Shown in pieces: positions 35,874-45,615 of a stretch of 64,000 nucleotides of DNA. Below the pieces are notes generated by a model. The model was not told where the DNA came from, did not search any database, and saw only the letters and a program-made list of their open reading frames with translations. Origin of the DNA: Phyllobacteriaceae bacterium (GTDB lineage Bacteria; Pseudomonadota; Alphaproteobacteria; Rhizobiales; Rhizobiaceae). Every line of letters begins with the position of its first letter. Positions within the stretch are counted from its first letter, which is position 1. The DNA lies in NCBI GenBank assembly GCA_024742765.1, contig JANSXT010000009.1:80586-144585 (forward strand), read 5' to 3'. Position numbers and translations under genes: made by a program.

Positions 35874-36158
35874 ATGTCTTCTGAATGGCCCCTTTGGGAA
35901 GTCTTCATTCGCGGCCAGCATGGCCTTAACCATCGCCATGTGGGCTCTTTGCACGCGCCCGATGCTGAAATGGCGATCAAGAATGCACGCGATGTCTACA
36001 CGCGCCGCAATGAGGGTGTGAGCATCTGGGTGGTGCCGTCCAACCAGATCACGGCCAGCGTGCCCTCCGAAAAGGGCCCGATGTTCGAACCGTCCAAGTC
36101 GAAGATCTACCGCCACCCGACCTTCTACGACATCCCGGATGAAGTGGGGCACATGTGA
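35874..36158 (+). CDS. paaB: 1,2-phenylacetyl-CoA epoxidase subunit PaaB
   Basis: 94 aa. WPLWEVFIRGQHGLNHRHVGSLHAPD...FYDIPDEV is typical PaaB. Confidence 0.9.
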   Translation: MSSEWPLWEVFIRGQHGLNHRHVGSLHAPDAEMAIKNARDVYTRRNEGVSIWVVPSNQITASVPSEKGPMFEPSKSKIYRHPTFYDIPDEVGHM

Positions 36159-36910
36159 TGAGCGCGCTTTGTGAGTTTGCGCTGCGCATGGGCGACAACA
36201 CGCTGATCCTCGGTCATCGCGTGTCGGAATGGTGCGGCCATGCGCCGGTGCTGGAAGAGGACATCGCGCTTGCCAACACCGCGCTCGACCTGATCGGTCA
36301 GACGCAGATGTGGCTTGGTCTGGCGGGCGAAGCGGAAGGCGAAGGCCGGACGGCCGACGATCTGGCCTACAAGCGCGACGCGTGGGATTTTCGCAATCTG
36401 CTCCTGGTCGAGCGGCCGAACGGTGATTTCGGCCAGACGCTGATGCGCCAGTTCCTGTTCGATGCCTGGCACCATCCGATGCTCACATGGCTTGCGGAGA
36501 ATTCCAAAGACCAACGTGTCGCCGAGATCGCCGAGAAGGCGGTGCGCGAAGCGGCCTATCATCTGGAGCGCTCTTCGGACCTCGTGATCCGGCTCGGAGA
36601 CGGGACCGATGAGAGCCATCGCCGCATGCAGGATGCGCTCGCCTATCACTGGACCTATACGGGCGAGATGTTCGAAGCGGATGCGATCGATCGCGAACTG
36701 GCGGACGCCGGCATTGCACCCGATCCGGCGGCGATGAAGCCGGGCTGGGACGCGCTGATCGGCGAAGTGCTGGCCGAAGCGACGCTGTCCGTTCCGGAGA
36801 ACGATTTTGCGCACAAGGGCGGCCGTCGCGGCCAGCACACCGAGCATCTGGGCCACATTCTCGCCGCCATGCAGTTCCTGCCGCGGGCCTATCCCGATGC
36901 ACGCTGGTGA
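36155..36910 (+). CDS. paaC: 1,2-phenylacetyl-CoA epoxidase subunit PaaC
   Basis: LRMGDNTLILGHRVSEWCGHAPVLEEDIALANTALDLIGQ is a PaaC-type N-terminus. It overlaps paaB and paaD. Confidence 0.9.
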   Translation: MMSALCEFALRMGDNTLILGHRVSEWCGHAPVLEEDIALANTALDLIGQTQMWLGLAGEAEGEGRTADDLAYKRDAWDFRNLLLVERPNGDFGQTLMRQFLFDAWHHPMLTWLAENSKDQRVAEIAEKAVREAAYHLERSSDLVIRLGDGTDESHRRMQDALAYHWTYTGEMFEADAIDRELADAGIAPDPAAMKPGWDALIGEVLAEATLSVPENDFAHKGGRRGQHTEHLGHILAAMQFLPRAYPDARW

Positions 36911-37415
36911 GACGCTGCCGAGCCGCGACGATGTGATGGGCTGGCTCGCCGAGGTGCCGGACCCGGAAATCCCGGTCGTGTCCGTCGTCGATCTGGGCAT
37001 TGTGCGCGATGTGGCTTTTGACGATGACACGCTGGTCGTGACCATCACGCCGACCTATTCGGGCTGCCCGGCGACTTCGGTGATCGCTTTTGAGGTCGAG
37101 GCGGCAATCCGCGCCAGAGGTATCGACAAGCTGCGGCTCGAAAACAAGCTCTCGCCGCCCTGGTCGACCGACTGGATCGGGCCGGAGGCGCGCGAAAAGC
37201 TGCGCCGGTATGGCATCGCACCGCCGATCGACGGCACTGCGGCCGACGGCAAGCGCGTGGCGCGGCTGCTCGGCGAGGGCAATGCCAGGGTGGAATGTCC
37301 GCGCTGCGGTTCGGCCCACACGGCGGAGGTAAGCCGCTTCGGCTCGACCCCCTGCAAGGCCGCCTGGCGCTGCAATGACTGTCTGGAACCGTTCGACTAT
37401 TTCAAGTGCATTTGA
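36897..37415 (+). CDS. paaD: Phenylacetate-CoA oxygenase subunit PaaD
   Basis: ORF 36807..37415 trimmed to ATG 36897. EVPDPEIPVVSVVDLGIVRDV (SufT/MIP18-like) plus a C-terminal CPRCGS...CNDC zinc-ribbon. Confidence 0.88.
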   Translation: MHAGETLPSRDDVMGWLAEVPDPEIPVVSVVDLGIVRDVAFDDDTLVVTITPTYSGCPATSVIAFEVEAAIRARGIDKLRLENKLSPPWSTDWIGPEAREKLRRYGIAPPIDGTAADGKRVARLLGEGNARVECPRCGSAHTAEVSRFGSTPCKAAWRCNDCLEPFDYFKCI

Positions 37416-37423
37416 GGCCGATC

Positions 37424-38500
37424 ATGGCGCAGTTTCATCCGCTCACCGTGACCGATGTGAACCACGACACGCGCGATGCGGTGGTCGTCACGCTCGCGCC
37501 CAGCGACAAGGACCGCGCGGCGTTCGACTTCACGCAGGGGCAATATCTGACCTTCCGGCATGATTTTGGCGGCACCGAAGTGCGGCGTTGCTATTCGATC
37601 TGCGCGGGCAAGGATGACGGCATCTTGCGCGTTGGCATCAAGCGCGTCGATGGCGGGGCGTTCTCGTCCTGGGCCAAGGAGAATTTGAAGCCCGGCGACG
37701 TGATGGAAGCCATGCCGCCCATGGGCAATTTCTTCGTGCCGCTCGACCCCGATGCGGAGCGGCACTATCTTGGCTTTGCCGGCGGCTCGGGCATCACGCC
37801 GGTCCTGTCGCTGGTCAAGACCGTTCTGGCGCGCGAGCCCAATGCGCGCTTCACGCTGGTCTATGCCAACCGCGCGGTGAACACGATCATGTTCCGCGAG
37901 GAGCTGGAAGACCTGAAAAACCTCTATCTGGGCCGGTTCACCGTGCTACACATCCTCGAAAACGATGCGCAGGAGATCGACCTGTTCACCGGCCGCGTCG
38001 ATGCGGACAAGCTCGACGCTTTGTTCACCCACTGGATCGATGCGGCGTCGGTCGACTACGCGTTCATCTGCGGTCCCGAGCCGATGATGCTGACCATCGC
38101 CGAGGGGCTGAAGGCGCGGGGCTTGGCCGAAGACCGGATCAAGTTCGAACTGTTCAAGAGCGCCCAGCCCGGCCGCTTGCCCAAAAAGGCGAATGGTCAC
38201 GCGGATGGCGCTAAGGTCGACAGCGTCAAGGCAACCCTTTTTCTCGAAGGCGTCACACGGACGATCGAGGTGCCGAAGGACGGCACGACCTTGCTGGACG
38301 CAGCGCTCGATGCCGGGCTTAACGTGCCCTATGCCTGCAAGGCCGGCGTCTGTTCGACCTGCATGTGCAAGATCACCGAGGGCGCCGGCGAGATGCTGGC
38401 CAACAATGCGCTCGAAGACCATGAGGTCCGCGACGGCTTCACGCTGAGCTGCCAGACCGTGCCGACGACGGACACGATCAGCGTCACCTACGACGTTTGA
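37424..38500 (+). CDS. paaE: Phenylacetyl-CoA epoxidase reductase subunit PaaE
   Basis: ORF 37406..38500 trimmed to ATG 37424. FNR-like module (RCYSIC, GGSGITPV) and a C-terminal plant-type 2Fe-2S motif CKAGVCSTCMC. Confidence 0.9.
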   Translation: MAQFHPLTVTDVNHDTRDAVVVTLAPSDKDRAAFDFTQGQYLTFRHDFGGTEVRRCYSICAGKDDGILRVGIKRVDGGAFSSWAKENLKPGDVMEAMPPMGNFFVPLDPDAERHYLGFAGGSGITPVLSLVKTVLAREPNARFTLVYANRAVNTIMFREELEDLKNLYLGRFTVLHILENDAQEIDLFTGRVDADKLDALFTHWIDAASVDYAFICGPEPMMLTIAEGLKARGLAEDRIKFELFKSAQPGRLPKKANGHADGAKVDSVKATLFLEGVTRTIEVPKDGTTLLDAALDAGLNVPYACKAGVCSTCMCKITEGAGEMLANNALEDHEVRDGFTLSCQTVPTTDTISVTYDV

Positions 38501-38528
38501 CGACAGAACATCGATTGGGAGACATCCG

Positions 38529-40601
38529 ATGAACGTTGCCACCGCGACGACGCGCCGGCTTGAAAGCTATGTGAAGGGCCAGTGGGTCGCCGGCGACGGC
38601 GACGGCACGCTCCTGACCGATGCCGGCACCGGCGAACCCGTCGCGGTGATCAGTTCCTCGGGCCTCGATTTTGCCGGCGCGCTCGCCTATGGCCGCGAGA
38701 AGGGTGGACCGGCGCTGCGCGCGATGAGTTTTCACGAGCGGGCGCTAATGCTCAAATCCATCGCGCTGATGCTCAACGAGGCGCGCGATGTGTTCTATGC
38801 CGAGAGCTACCGCACCGGCGCGACCAAGACGGATTCGATGATCGATGTCGACGGCGGCATCGGCACCTTCTTCGTCTATGCCTCCAAGGGCCGCCGCGAA
38901 CTGCCAAACACGCGCGTTCTGCTCGATGGCGATATCGAGCCGCTGTCCAAGGACAATAGCTTTTCCGCGCAGCACATTCTGACGCCGCTTGAGGGCGTTG
39001 CGGTCCACATCAATGCGTTCAACTTCCCTTGCTGGGGGATGCTGGAAAAGCTGGCGCCGACGCTGCTGGCGGGCATGCCGGCGGTCGTCAAACCGGCCAG
39101 CCAGACCGCCTATCTGACCGAACTGATGGTCCGGAAAATCATCGAAAGCGGGATTCTTCCCGACGGCGCGCTACAACTGGTCAGCGGCTCGGCGGGCGAC
39201 ATGCTCGACCATGTGACGGGCCAGGATGTCGTCACCTTCACCGGATCGGCCAGCACGGGCCGGATGCTGCGCACCCACAAGGCGATCGTCGAGAACTCGA
39301 CCCGCTTTTCGATGGAGGCTGACAGCCTGAACTCATGTGTGCTGGGCGCCGACGCCGAGCCCGGCACGCCGGAGTTTGACCTCTTCGTCAAGGAAGTGGC
39401 GCGCGAGATGACCGCCAAGGCGGGTCAGAAATGCACCGCCATCCGCCGTGCCTTCGTGCCGCGTGGCCATGTCGATGCCGTGATCGAAGCGCTGCGCGCG
39501 CGGCTCGGCAAGACAACCGTCGGTCTGCCAGCGGAGGAGGGCACGCGCATGGGTGCGCTTGCCAGCCAGGACCAGCGCGCCGAAGTGCGCGCGCGCATCG
39601 CCGATCTTGCCGCCGATGGCGAGATCGTCGCCGGCGATCCGGACCATCCGGTGCTCGCCTCGGGCGATGCCGAAGCCGGCGCCTTCCTCAACCCGGTGTT
39701 GCTGCATTGCCCGGAGCCGCACGGCGCAAAGAACGTCCATGATGTGGAGGCGTTCGGGCCGGTGGCGACTGTCATGCCCTATGACGATGTCGAGGAAGCA
39801 GTTGCGCTGACCCACAAGGGCAAGGGCTCGCTGGCGGCATCGGTTTTCACCAACGATCCGGCGATCGCCGAACGGATGGTGATCGGCATGGCGCCGTTCC
39901 ATGGCCGCATCCTGATCGGCAATCGCGACAGCACCAAATCGTCGACCGGGCATGGCTCACCGATGCCGGGCCTTGTTCATGGCGGCCCGGGCCGCGCCGG
40001 CGGCGGCGAGGAACTGGGCGGCATTCGTGGCGTCAAGCATTTCATGCAGCGCACGGCGGTGCAGGGCACGCCGCGCTTGCTTGCGCCGGTCACCGGGCGC
40101 TGGATGGAAGGGGCGGGCGCCGGCGACGTGTCGGTGCATCCGTTCCGCAAGTCGTTGGCCGAACTCTCCATCGGCGATCAGGTGGTCACCGAGCCGCGCG
40201 AAGTGACGCTTGCCGACATCGAGCATTTTGCCGAATTCACAGGCGACACTTTCTACGCGCACATGGATGAGGATGCCGCCAGGGCCAACCCGTTCTTCGA
40301 CGGACGCGTGGCGCATGGCTATCTGATCGTCTCGTTTGCGGCCGGCCTGTTCGTCGATCCCGAGCCCGGTCCGGTGCTGGCCAATTACGGCGTCGACAAT
40401 CTGCGGTTCATGACGCCGGTCTATCCGGGCGATGTGCTCAAGGTCCGGCTGACGGCGAAGGAGATCAATCCGCGCGCCACGGCCGATCATGGCGAGGTGC
40501 GCTGGGACGCGCAGGTGACCAATCAGGACGATGAAGTCGTCGCCCAATATGATGTGCTGACCATGGTCGCCAAGGAATGGCCGCTGTCGGCGGAAGAGTG
40601 A
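38529..40601 (+). CDS. paaZ: Bifunctional PaaZ (oxepin-CoA hydrolase / 3-oxo-5,6-dehydrosuberyl-CoA semialdehyde dehydrogenase)
   Basis: 690 aa. N-terminal aldehyde dehydrogenase fold (FNFPCWGMLEKLAP, GQKCTAIRR) and a C-terminal MaoC hotdog (FAEFTGDTFYAHMDEDAA). Confidence 0.9.
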   Translation: MNVATATTRRLESYVKGQWVAGDGDGTLLTDAGTGEPVAVISSSGLDFAGALAYGREKGGPALRAMSFHERALMLKSIALMLNEARDVFYAESYRTGATKTDSMIDVDGGIGTFFVYASKGRRELPNTRVLLDGDIEPLSKDNSFSAQHILTPLEGVAVHINAFNFPCWGMLEKLAPTLLAGMPAVVKPASQTAYLTELMVRKIIESGILPDGALQLVSGSAGDMLDHVTGQDVVTFTGSASTGRMLRTHKAIVENSTRFSMEADSLNSCVLGADAEPGTPEFDLFVKEVAREMTAKAGQKCTAIRRAFVPRGHVDAVIEALRARLGKTTVGLPAEEGTRMGALASQDQRAEVRARIADLAADGEIVAGDPDHPVLASGDAEAGAFLNPVLLHCPEPHGAKNVHDVEAFGPVATVMPYDDVEEAVALTHKGKGSLAASVFTNDPAIAERMVIGMAPFHGRILIGNRDSTKSSTGHGSPMPGLVHGGPGRAGGGEELGGIRGVKHFMQRTAVQGTPRLLAPVTGRWMEGAGAGDVSVHPFRKSLAELSIGDQVVTEPREVTLADIEHFAEFTGDTFYAHMDEDAARANPFFDGRVAHGYLIVSFAAGLFVDPEPGPVLANYGVDNLRFMTPVYPGDVLKVRLTAKEINPRATADHGEVRWDAQVTNQDDEVVAQYDVLTMVAKEWPLSAEE

Positions 40602-40604
40602 CCG

Positions 40605-41213
40605 CTACCGCGGCGGCCTCACCCCACCGACACCGTCGAGGATGATGCGCGTGGCGATGCGGGCATAGTCCTCGCGGCTGACCGGGCCGTCTTCCTTGAA
40701 CCAGGTGTAGACCCAGTTGAGCATGCCGAAGAGGCTCATCGTCACCGGTGTCAGAAGATGGGTGCCCGGCTCGGCAAGCTTCGGGTTCAGTTCTTTAAGG
40801 ACATTGGCGAAGCGGGCAACGATGCGCTTTTCGGTGTCGCGCAATTGCGCGCGCTGCGCTTCGGACAGGGCGCCGAACGCGTTGAGCTGCACCTTGTGCG
40901 CATCATCGGCGCCGCGATAGGTTTCGAGCACCGCATGCACCAGCCGTTCGAGCCGCTCGCCTGCCGGCAGCGCCGGGTCGTCGGCGGCGATCACCGCTTC
41001 GTCCAGATGGCTGATATGGGTGTTGATGATCGCAAAGATCAGCGCGTCCCTTGACGGATAATAGTGATAGAGCAGGGCCTTGGAGACGCCGCACTCGCGC
41101 GCGATCTGCGACATGGACGCCTTGTCCATGCCCAGTTGGGCAAAGACCGTGGCGGCGCTGGCGAGGATATGCGCCTGCTTTTCAGCGAAATCGGCGGCGC
41201 GGGGGCGGGCCAT
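40605..41213 (-). CDS. paaR: TetR-family regulator, PaaR-like
   Basis: ORF 40605..41303 trimmed to ATG 41213. HTH region ILASAATVFAQLGMDKASMSQIARECGVSKALLYHYYPSRDAL. It is the last gene of the paaG-I-K operon. Confidence 0.8.
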   Translation of the reverse strand: MARPRAADFAEKQAHILASAATVFAQLGMDKASMSQIARECGVSKALLYHYYPSRDALIFAIINTHISHLDEAVIAADDPALPAGERLERLVHAVLETYRGADDAHKVQLNAFGALSEAQRAQLRDTEKRIVARFANVLKELNPKLAEPGTHLLTPVTMSLFGMLNWVYTWFKEDGPVSREDYARIATRIILDGVGGVRPPR

Positions 41214-41226
41214 CGGGCCTCTCCTT

Positions 41227-42537
41227 CTAGCCCTTGGGCCGGTTGTCGACGACGCGCCTGGCCTTGCCCTCCGAGCGCGGGGCCGAGCCGGGCTCGCCGA
41301 CATTGATCTTGGCGGTCACGCCGATCACCGACTTGATGTGATGGGCGAGTTCGGTAGCGCTTGCCCTGCGCGCCTCTTCGCTGGCCGCGTCCTCCAGCGC
41401 TTCGAGATGCACGGTCATTGTGTCCATACGACCCTTGCGGCCCAATTCGATCTGGAAGTGTGGGGCAAGGCCGACGCATTTGAGGATCTGTTCTTCGACC
41501 TGGGTGGGGAAGATGTTGACGCCGCGCAGGATGATCATGTCGTCGGAGCGTCCGGTGATCTTTTCCATGCGCCGCATCGAGCGCGCCGTGCCGGGCAGGA
41601 GCCGGGTCAGGTCGCGCGTGCGGTAGCGGATGATCGGCAGGCCTTCCTTGGTGAGCGTGGTGAAGACCAGTTCGCCCATTTCGCCGCCGGGCACCGGCTG
41701 GCCGGTCTCCGGATCGATGATCTCGGGATAGAAATGGTCTTCCCAGATGTGCAGCCCGTCCTTGGTTTCCACGCACTCATTGGCAACGCCCGGGCCCCTC
41801 ACTTCCGACAGGCCGTAAATATCGACCGCATGCATGTCGAAGGCCTGCTCGATCTCGCCGCGCATGGCGTTGGTCCAGGGTTCGGCGCCGAAAATGCCGA
41901 CAACCAGCGATGAGGTGCGCGGGTCGATGCCCTGACGGCGATATTCGTCGAGAATCGACAGCATGTAGGAGGGCGTGACCATGATGACGCGCGGCTTGAA
42001 ATCCTCGATCAGCATCACCTGGCGCTCGGTCATGCCACCGGAGACCGGGATCACCGTGCAGCCGAGCCGTTCGGCGCCGTAATGGGCGCCAAGCCCGCCG
42101 GTGAACAGGCCATAGCCATAGGCCACATGCACCGGATCGCCGGACCGCCCGCCCGAGGCGCGGATCGAGCGGGCGACCATGTCGGACCACATGGAGATGT
42201 CGCCTTCGGTGTAGCCGACGACGGTCGGCTTGCCGGTCGTGCCCGAGGAGGCGTGCAGGCGCACGATCTTCTCGCGTGGCACGGCGAACATGCCGAACGG
42301 GTAGTTGTCCCGCAGGTCCGCCTTGGTAGTGAAAGGGAATTTGGCCAGATCGGCCAGCAATTTCAGATCATCGGGATGAACGCCCGCCTCGTCGAAGCGC
42401 TGGCGGTAGAAGGGTGCATTCTCATAGGCATGGCGCAGCGACCATTGCATGCGCTCAAGCTGCAGCGCCGCGATCTCGTCACGCGAGGCGGTTTCGATTG
42501 GCTCCAGATCGCCGGGCTTGGGGGAAAGGTCTTCCAT
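41227..42537 (-). CDS. paaK: Phenylacetate--CoA ligase PaaK
   Basis: ORF 41227..42933 trimmed to ATG 42537 (436 aa). Carries IETASRDEIAALQLERMQWSLRHAYENAPFYRQRF and LHASSGTTGKPTVVGYT. Confidence 0.92.
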   Translation of the reverse strand: MEDLSPKPGDLEPIETASRDEIAALQLERMQWSLRHAYENAPFYRQRFDEAGVHPDDLKLLADLAKFPFTTKADLRDNYPFGMFAVPREKIVRLHASSGTTGKPTVVGYTEGDISMWSDMVARSIRASGGRSGDPVHVAYGYGLFTGGLGAHYGAERLGCTVIPVSGGMTERQVMLIEDFKPRVIMVTPSYMLSILDEYRRQGIDPRTSSLVVGIFGAEPWTNAMRGEIEQAFDMHAVDIYGLSEVRGPGVANECVETKDGLHIWEDHFYPEIIDPETGQPVPGGEMGELVFTTLTKEGLPIIRYRTRDLTRLLPGTARSMRRMEKITGRSDDMIILRGVNIFPTQVEEQILKCVGLAPHFQIELGRKGRMDTMTVHLEALEDAASEEARRASATELAHHIKSVIGVTAKINVGEPGSAPRSEGKARRVVDNRPKG

Positions 42538-42545
42538 GCTTTGTC

Positions 42546-42977
42546 TCAAATATCGTCCAGAATTGTGCCGGGCACGGTGCGCGAATGGCCGCGAAACTCG
42601 CCGATCACGTCGCCGTCCTGGTTGGTTACGGAAATGTCGTAAATGCCCGACCGTCCGGTGCGCGAGACTTCGCGTCCCGTCGCGGTCAGCCGGTCGCCCT
42701 GCTTGCCGGGGCGAATGAAGGTGAGCTGGGTGTGCTGGGCGACGGTGCGCTGGTTGTAGCCGTTGCAGGCAAAGGCAAATGCGCTGTCGGCAAGGGTGAA
42801 AATGTAGCCGCCATGGCAGGTGCCGTGACCATTGACCATCTGCGGTCCCACGGTCATCGCGAGCGTCGCTTCGCCGGGCGCGACATGCTCGATTTCCATG
42901 CCCAGATGCTGGCTGGCCTTGTCTTCGCACCACATGGCATCGGCGCAGGCGCGGGCGAGTTCATCGGGCGTCATCAT
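42546..42977 (-). CDS. paaI: Hydroxyphenylacetyl-CoA thioesterase PaaI
   Basis: Hotdog fold with GHGTCHGGYIFTLADSAFAFACN, the PaaI signature. Confidence 0.88.
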   Translation of the reverse strand: MMTPDELARACADAMWCEDKASQHLGMEIEHVAPGEATLAMTVGPQMVNGHGTCHGGYIFTLADSAFAFACNGYNQRTVAQHTQLTFIRPGKQGDRLTATGREVSRTGRSGIYDISVTNQDGDVIGEFRGHSRTVPGTILDDI

Positions 42978-43768
42978 TGCCCCCGGAAGGTCGGTGCGCG
43001 CTTGTCGAGAAAGGCGGTCACGCCTTCAGCATAATCCGCCGTGCGGCCGGCGATGCGCTGCGTGTCGCGCTCATGGTCGAGCTGGGCGTCGTAGTTGTTG
43101 GTCGATGCCGTCTGGATCGACTGTTTCGTCAGGCCGAGGCCGCGTGTCGGGCCGCTTGCGAATTGCCGGGCGAGGGCGGTTGCCTCATCCATCAGCGCGT
43201 CATCGTCGACCGCTTTCCAGATCAGACCCCAGTCTGCGGCCATTTCGGCGGGCATCGGCTCGGCGGTCAGGGCCAGCCCCTTGGCGCGCGCTTCGCCCAG
43301 AAGCCGGGTCAGCATGAAGCTGCCGCCCGCGTCCGGCGTCAGGCCGATCTTGGCGAACGCCTGGATGAATTTGGCGGATTTGCCGGCCAGCACGATGTCG
43401 CAGGCGAGCGCGATGTTGGCGCCGGCACCGGCGGCCACGCCATTGACCGCGACGATGATTGGCTTTTCGAGCGACCGGATCAGCCGCAGCGTGGGATTGT
43501 AGAAGGTTTCGAGCGTGCGGCCGAGATCGGGCGGGCCGTCCATGGTGCGCGGATCGCGGTCACCCAGATCCTGACCGGCGCAGAAGGCCCGGCCGGCGCC
43601 GGTGATCAGGACACAGCGCACGTCGGCCTCGTCATGGGCGCGCTGGATCGCGGCGCGGAAGGCGCCGTGCATGTCCTCGTTGAACGAATTGAGCTTGTCG
43701 GGCCGGTTGAGCGTGACGCGCAAAACGCCGTCATCAAGCTCGCAGAGCACCGTGGCGTCCTGCGCCAT
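42974..43768 (-). CDS. paaG: 2-(1,2-epoxy-1,2-dihydrophenyl)acetyl-CoA isomerase PaaG (crotonase family)
   Basis: LNRPDKLNSFN, GAGRAFCAGQDL and VNGVAAGAGANIALACD. It is the first gene of the paaG-I-K-R operon. Confidence 0.85.
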   Translation of the reverse strand: MAQDATVLCELDDGVLRVTLNRPDKLNSFNEDMHGAFRAAIQRAHDEADVRCVLITGAGRAFCAGQDLGDRDPRTMDGPPDLGRTLETFYNPTLRLIRSLEKPIIVAVNGVAAGAGANIALACDIVLAGKSAKFIQAFAKIGLTPDAGGSFMLTRLLGEARAKGLALTAEPMPAEMAADWGLIWKAVDDDALMDEATALARQFASGPTRGLGLTKQSIQTASTNNYDAQLDHERDTQRIAGRTADYAEGVTAFLDKRAPTFRGQ

Positions 43769-43825
43769 ATGATCCCTCCCATGCGCCTCTTTGGAGCGCG
43801 ACTTCCACCGCGGACAAAACCATAA

Positions 43826-43870
43826 ACCGACCGGTCAGTCAATGAATTCGGTCGATGAATTCTGACCGGT
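43826..43870. promoter_or_regulatory. PaaR-type operator plus 9-nt inverted repeat in the paaG / pcaB divergent region
   Basis: Core ACCGACCGGTCAGT at 43826-43839 matches ACCG-NN-CG-NN-CGGT in 13 of 14 positions. ACCGGTCAG (43830-43838) and CTGACCGGT (43862-43870) are inverted repeats flanking a direct repeat of ATGAATTC. Confidence 0.5.
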
Positions 43871-43920
43871 GTAAACGGGGCGGGGTTGCGCTGGGCGCGT
43901 GCGGCGCGGATATTCCGAAA

Positions 43921-44985
43921 ATGATTCAAACGGCCTCCGCATCTGTCTGGCATGCTTCGCTTTTCGGCGACGATGAATTGGCGTCGCTGTTCTCCGGGGT
44001 GGCGTTCCTCGAGCGCTTCGGCGCGTTCGAGATGGCGCTGACGCGGACGCTTTCCGAACATGGCATGATCGATGCCGACCTGGCCGAAAAGGCCATGGCA
44101 GCAATGCGCGGCTTTGCGCCCGATGCCGACGCGATGGCGGCAGGCATGGCGACCGACGGCGTGCCGGTTCCGGCTTATGTCCGGCAATTGAGAGCAGTGG
44201 CCGGCGATGCGGCGCCGGCCATTCATGTCGGTGCGACCAGTCAGGACCTGATCGATACGGCGACCGCCATGGCGCTGCGTGATGCGAGCGGTGTCCTCGC
44301 CGGCCGGATCGAGGCAGTGCTGTCGGCGCTGGGCGATCTGGATACGCGGTTCGGCACCAACATGCTGACCGGCCGCACGCGGATGCAGGTGGCGTTACCT
44401 ATGACCGCCGGAGACCGGCTGTCGGCATGGTCGACGCCGCTTTCCAGCGGCCTCGACCGGCTTGCGCGTGTGCGCGACGATGCTGCGCAATTGCAGTTCG
44501 GCGGTCCGGTCGGGCTGGGCCCAGAAACGCTTGGCGAGGCGGGACCGGCGGTGGCCGGCGCGATGGCCGCCGAACTCGGACTGCGCCTGCCGGCCCGGTC
44601 CTGGCACACCGACCGCAGCGCGTTCGTCGCCTTCGGCAATTGGCTGTCCATGGTCACCGGCGCGCTCGGCAAGATCGGCCAGGATGTGGCGCTGATGGCG
44701 CAGCAAGGCATTGACGAGATCGGGCTTTCTTCCGGTGGCAGTAGCTCCGCCATGCCGCACAAGCATAATCCAGTGCTGGCGGAAAAGCTGGTGACGCTGG
44801 CGCGGTTCAATGCCATCCAGATCGGCGGGCTGCATCAGGCCCAGGTGCACGAGCAGGAGCGCTCGGGCGGCGCATGGATGCTCGAATGGATGATCTTGCC
44901 GCCCATGGTCGAGGCAGCGGGACGGGCATTGATCGATGCCGAGGCGATGCTGCGCCTGGTCAAAGGCATGGGCAGGCCGGGCTGA
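43921..44985 (+). CDS. pcaB: 3-carboxy-cis,cis-muconate cycloisomerase PcaB
   Basis: ORF 43855..44985 trimmed to ATG 43921. Fumarate-lyase superfamily motifs HVGATSQDLIDTA and GSSAMPHKHNP. Confidence 0.85.
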   Translation: MIQTASASVWHASLFGDDELASLFSGVAFLERFGAFEMALTRTLSEHGMIDADLAEKAMAAMRGFAPDADAMAAGMATDGVPVPAYVRQLRAVAGDAAPAIHVGATSQDLIDTATAMALRDASGVLAGRIEAVLSALGDLDTRFGTNMLTGRTRMQVALPMTAGDRLSAWSTPLSSGLDRLARVRDDAAQLQFGGPVGLGPETLGEAGPAVAGAMAAELGLRLPARSWHTDRSAFVAFGNWLSMVTGALGKIGQDVALMAQQGIDEIGLSSGGSSSAMPHKHNPVLAEKLVTLARFNAIQIGGLHQAQVHEQERSGGAWMLEWMILPPMVEAAGRALIDAEAMLRLVKGMGRPG

Positions 44986-44995
44986 CCGGCCGGCT

Positions 44996-45613
44996 TCACA
45001 TGTCGAAGAAGATCGTCTCGTTCTCGCCTTGCAGGCGGATATCGAACCGATAGGCGCCGTCGCCGGTCTTTTGCGCGATCAGGGTCGGCACACGGTGCTG
45101 GTGTTCGATACGCATCAGCACCGGATCTTCGGCGTTGGCCTCGCCCTCATCGTCAAAATAGAGCCGTGTGTGCAGGCCGATATTGATGCCGCGTGCAACG
45201 ATCCAGACCGAGATATGCGGCGCCTGCAGACGCCCGTCGCGCCACGGCACGCGGCCGGGCTTGACGGTGTCGAAGCGGTACTCGCCGGTCTGCAGGTCGG
45301 CGGCGGCGCGGCCCCAGCCGGAGAATTCGGGGTCGGCCGCCCCGCGCGTCTCGCCCGGCGTGTTGAAAAGGCCATCGGCATCGGCCTGCCAGATTTCGAG
45401 GACAACATCCTTGAGGATGCTGCCCATGCCGTCGGTGACCGTGCCGGTGATGGTGATTTCCTCGCCGTGCACGGCGCCGGTCTTCATCGCCGCGCCCAGA
45501 TCGGCCTCATAGACACCGTGAATGCCGGTGACGTTCGGGTTCATGCCGATATGGACATAGGGGCCGGCAGTCTGCGACGGGGTTTCCTTGAGCATCGGAT
45601 AGCGCCTTGTCAT
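44996..45613 (-). CDS. pcaG: Protocatechuate 3,4-dioxygenase alpha subunit PcaG
   Basis: ORF 44996..45685 trimmed to ATG 45613 (alternative 45595). Carries ETPSQTAGPYVHIG and APHISVWIVARGINIGLHTRLYF. Confidence 0.9.
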   Translation of the reverse strand: MTRRYPMLKETPSQTAGPYVHIGMNPNVTGIHGVYEADLGAAMKTGAVHGEEITITGTVTDGMGSILKDVVLEIWQADADGLFNTPGETRGAADPEFSGWGRAAADLQTGEYRFDTVKPGRVPWRDGRLQAPHISVWIVARGINIGLHTRLYFDDEGEANAEDPVLMRIEHQHRVPTLIAQKTGDGAYRFDIRLQGENETIFFDM

Positions 45614-45615
45614 CG

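Noticed and set aside
24508-36152. A series of long minus-strand ORFs across the box/paa region (24508..25773, 25770..27284, 28705..29733, 29904..31199, 31482..32675, 32608..34617, 34827..36152)
   Set aside because: Every one mirrors a plus-strand gene with strong family signatures (bclA, hydrolase, boxC, boxB, boxA, boxR, fadB-like, paaA). No RBS or motif support was seen. They are shadow ORFs.
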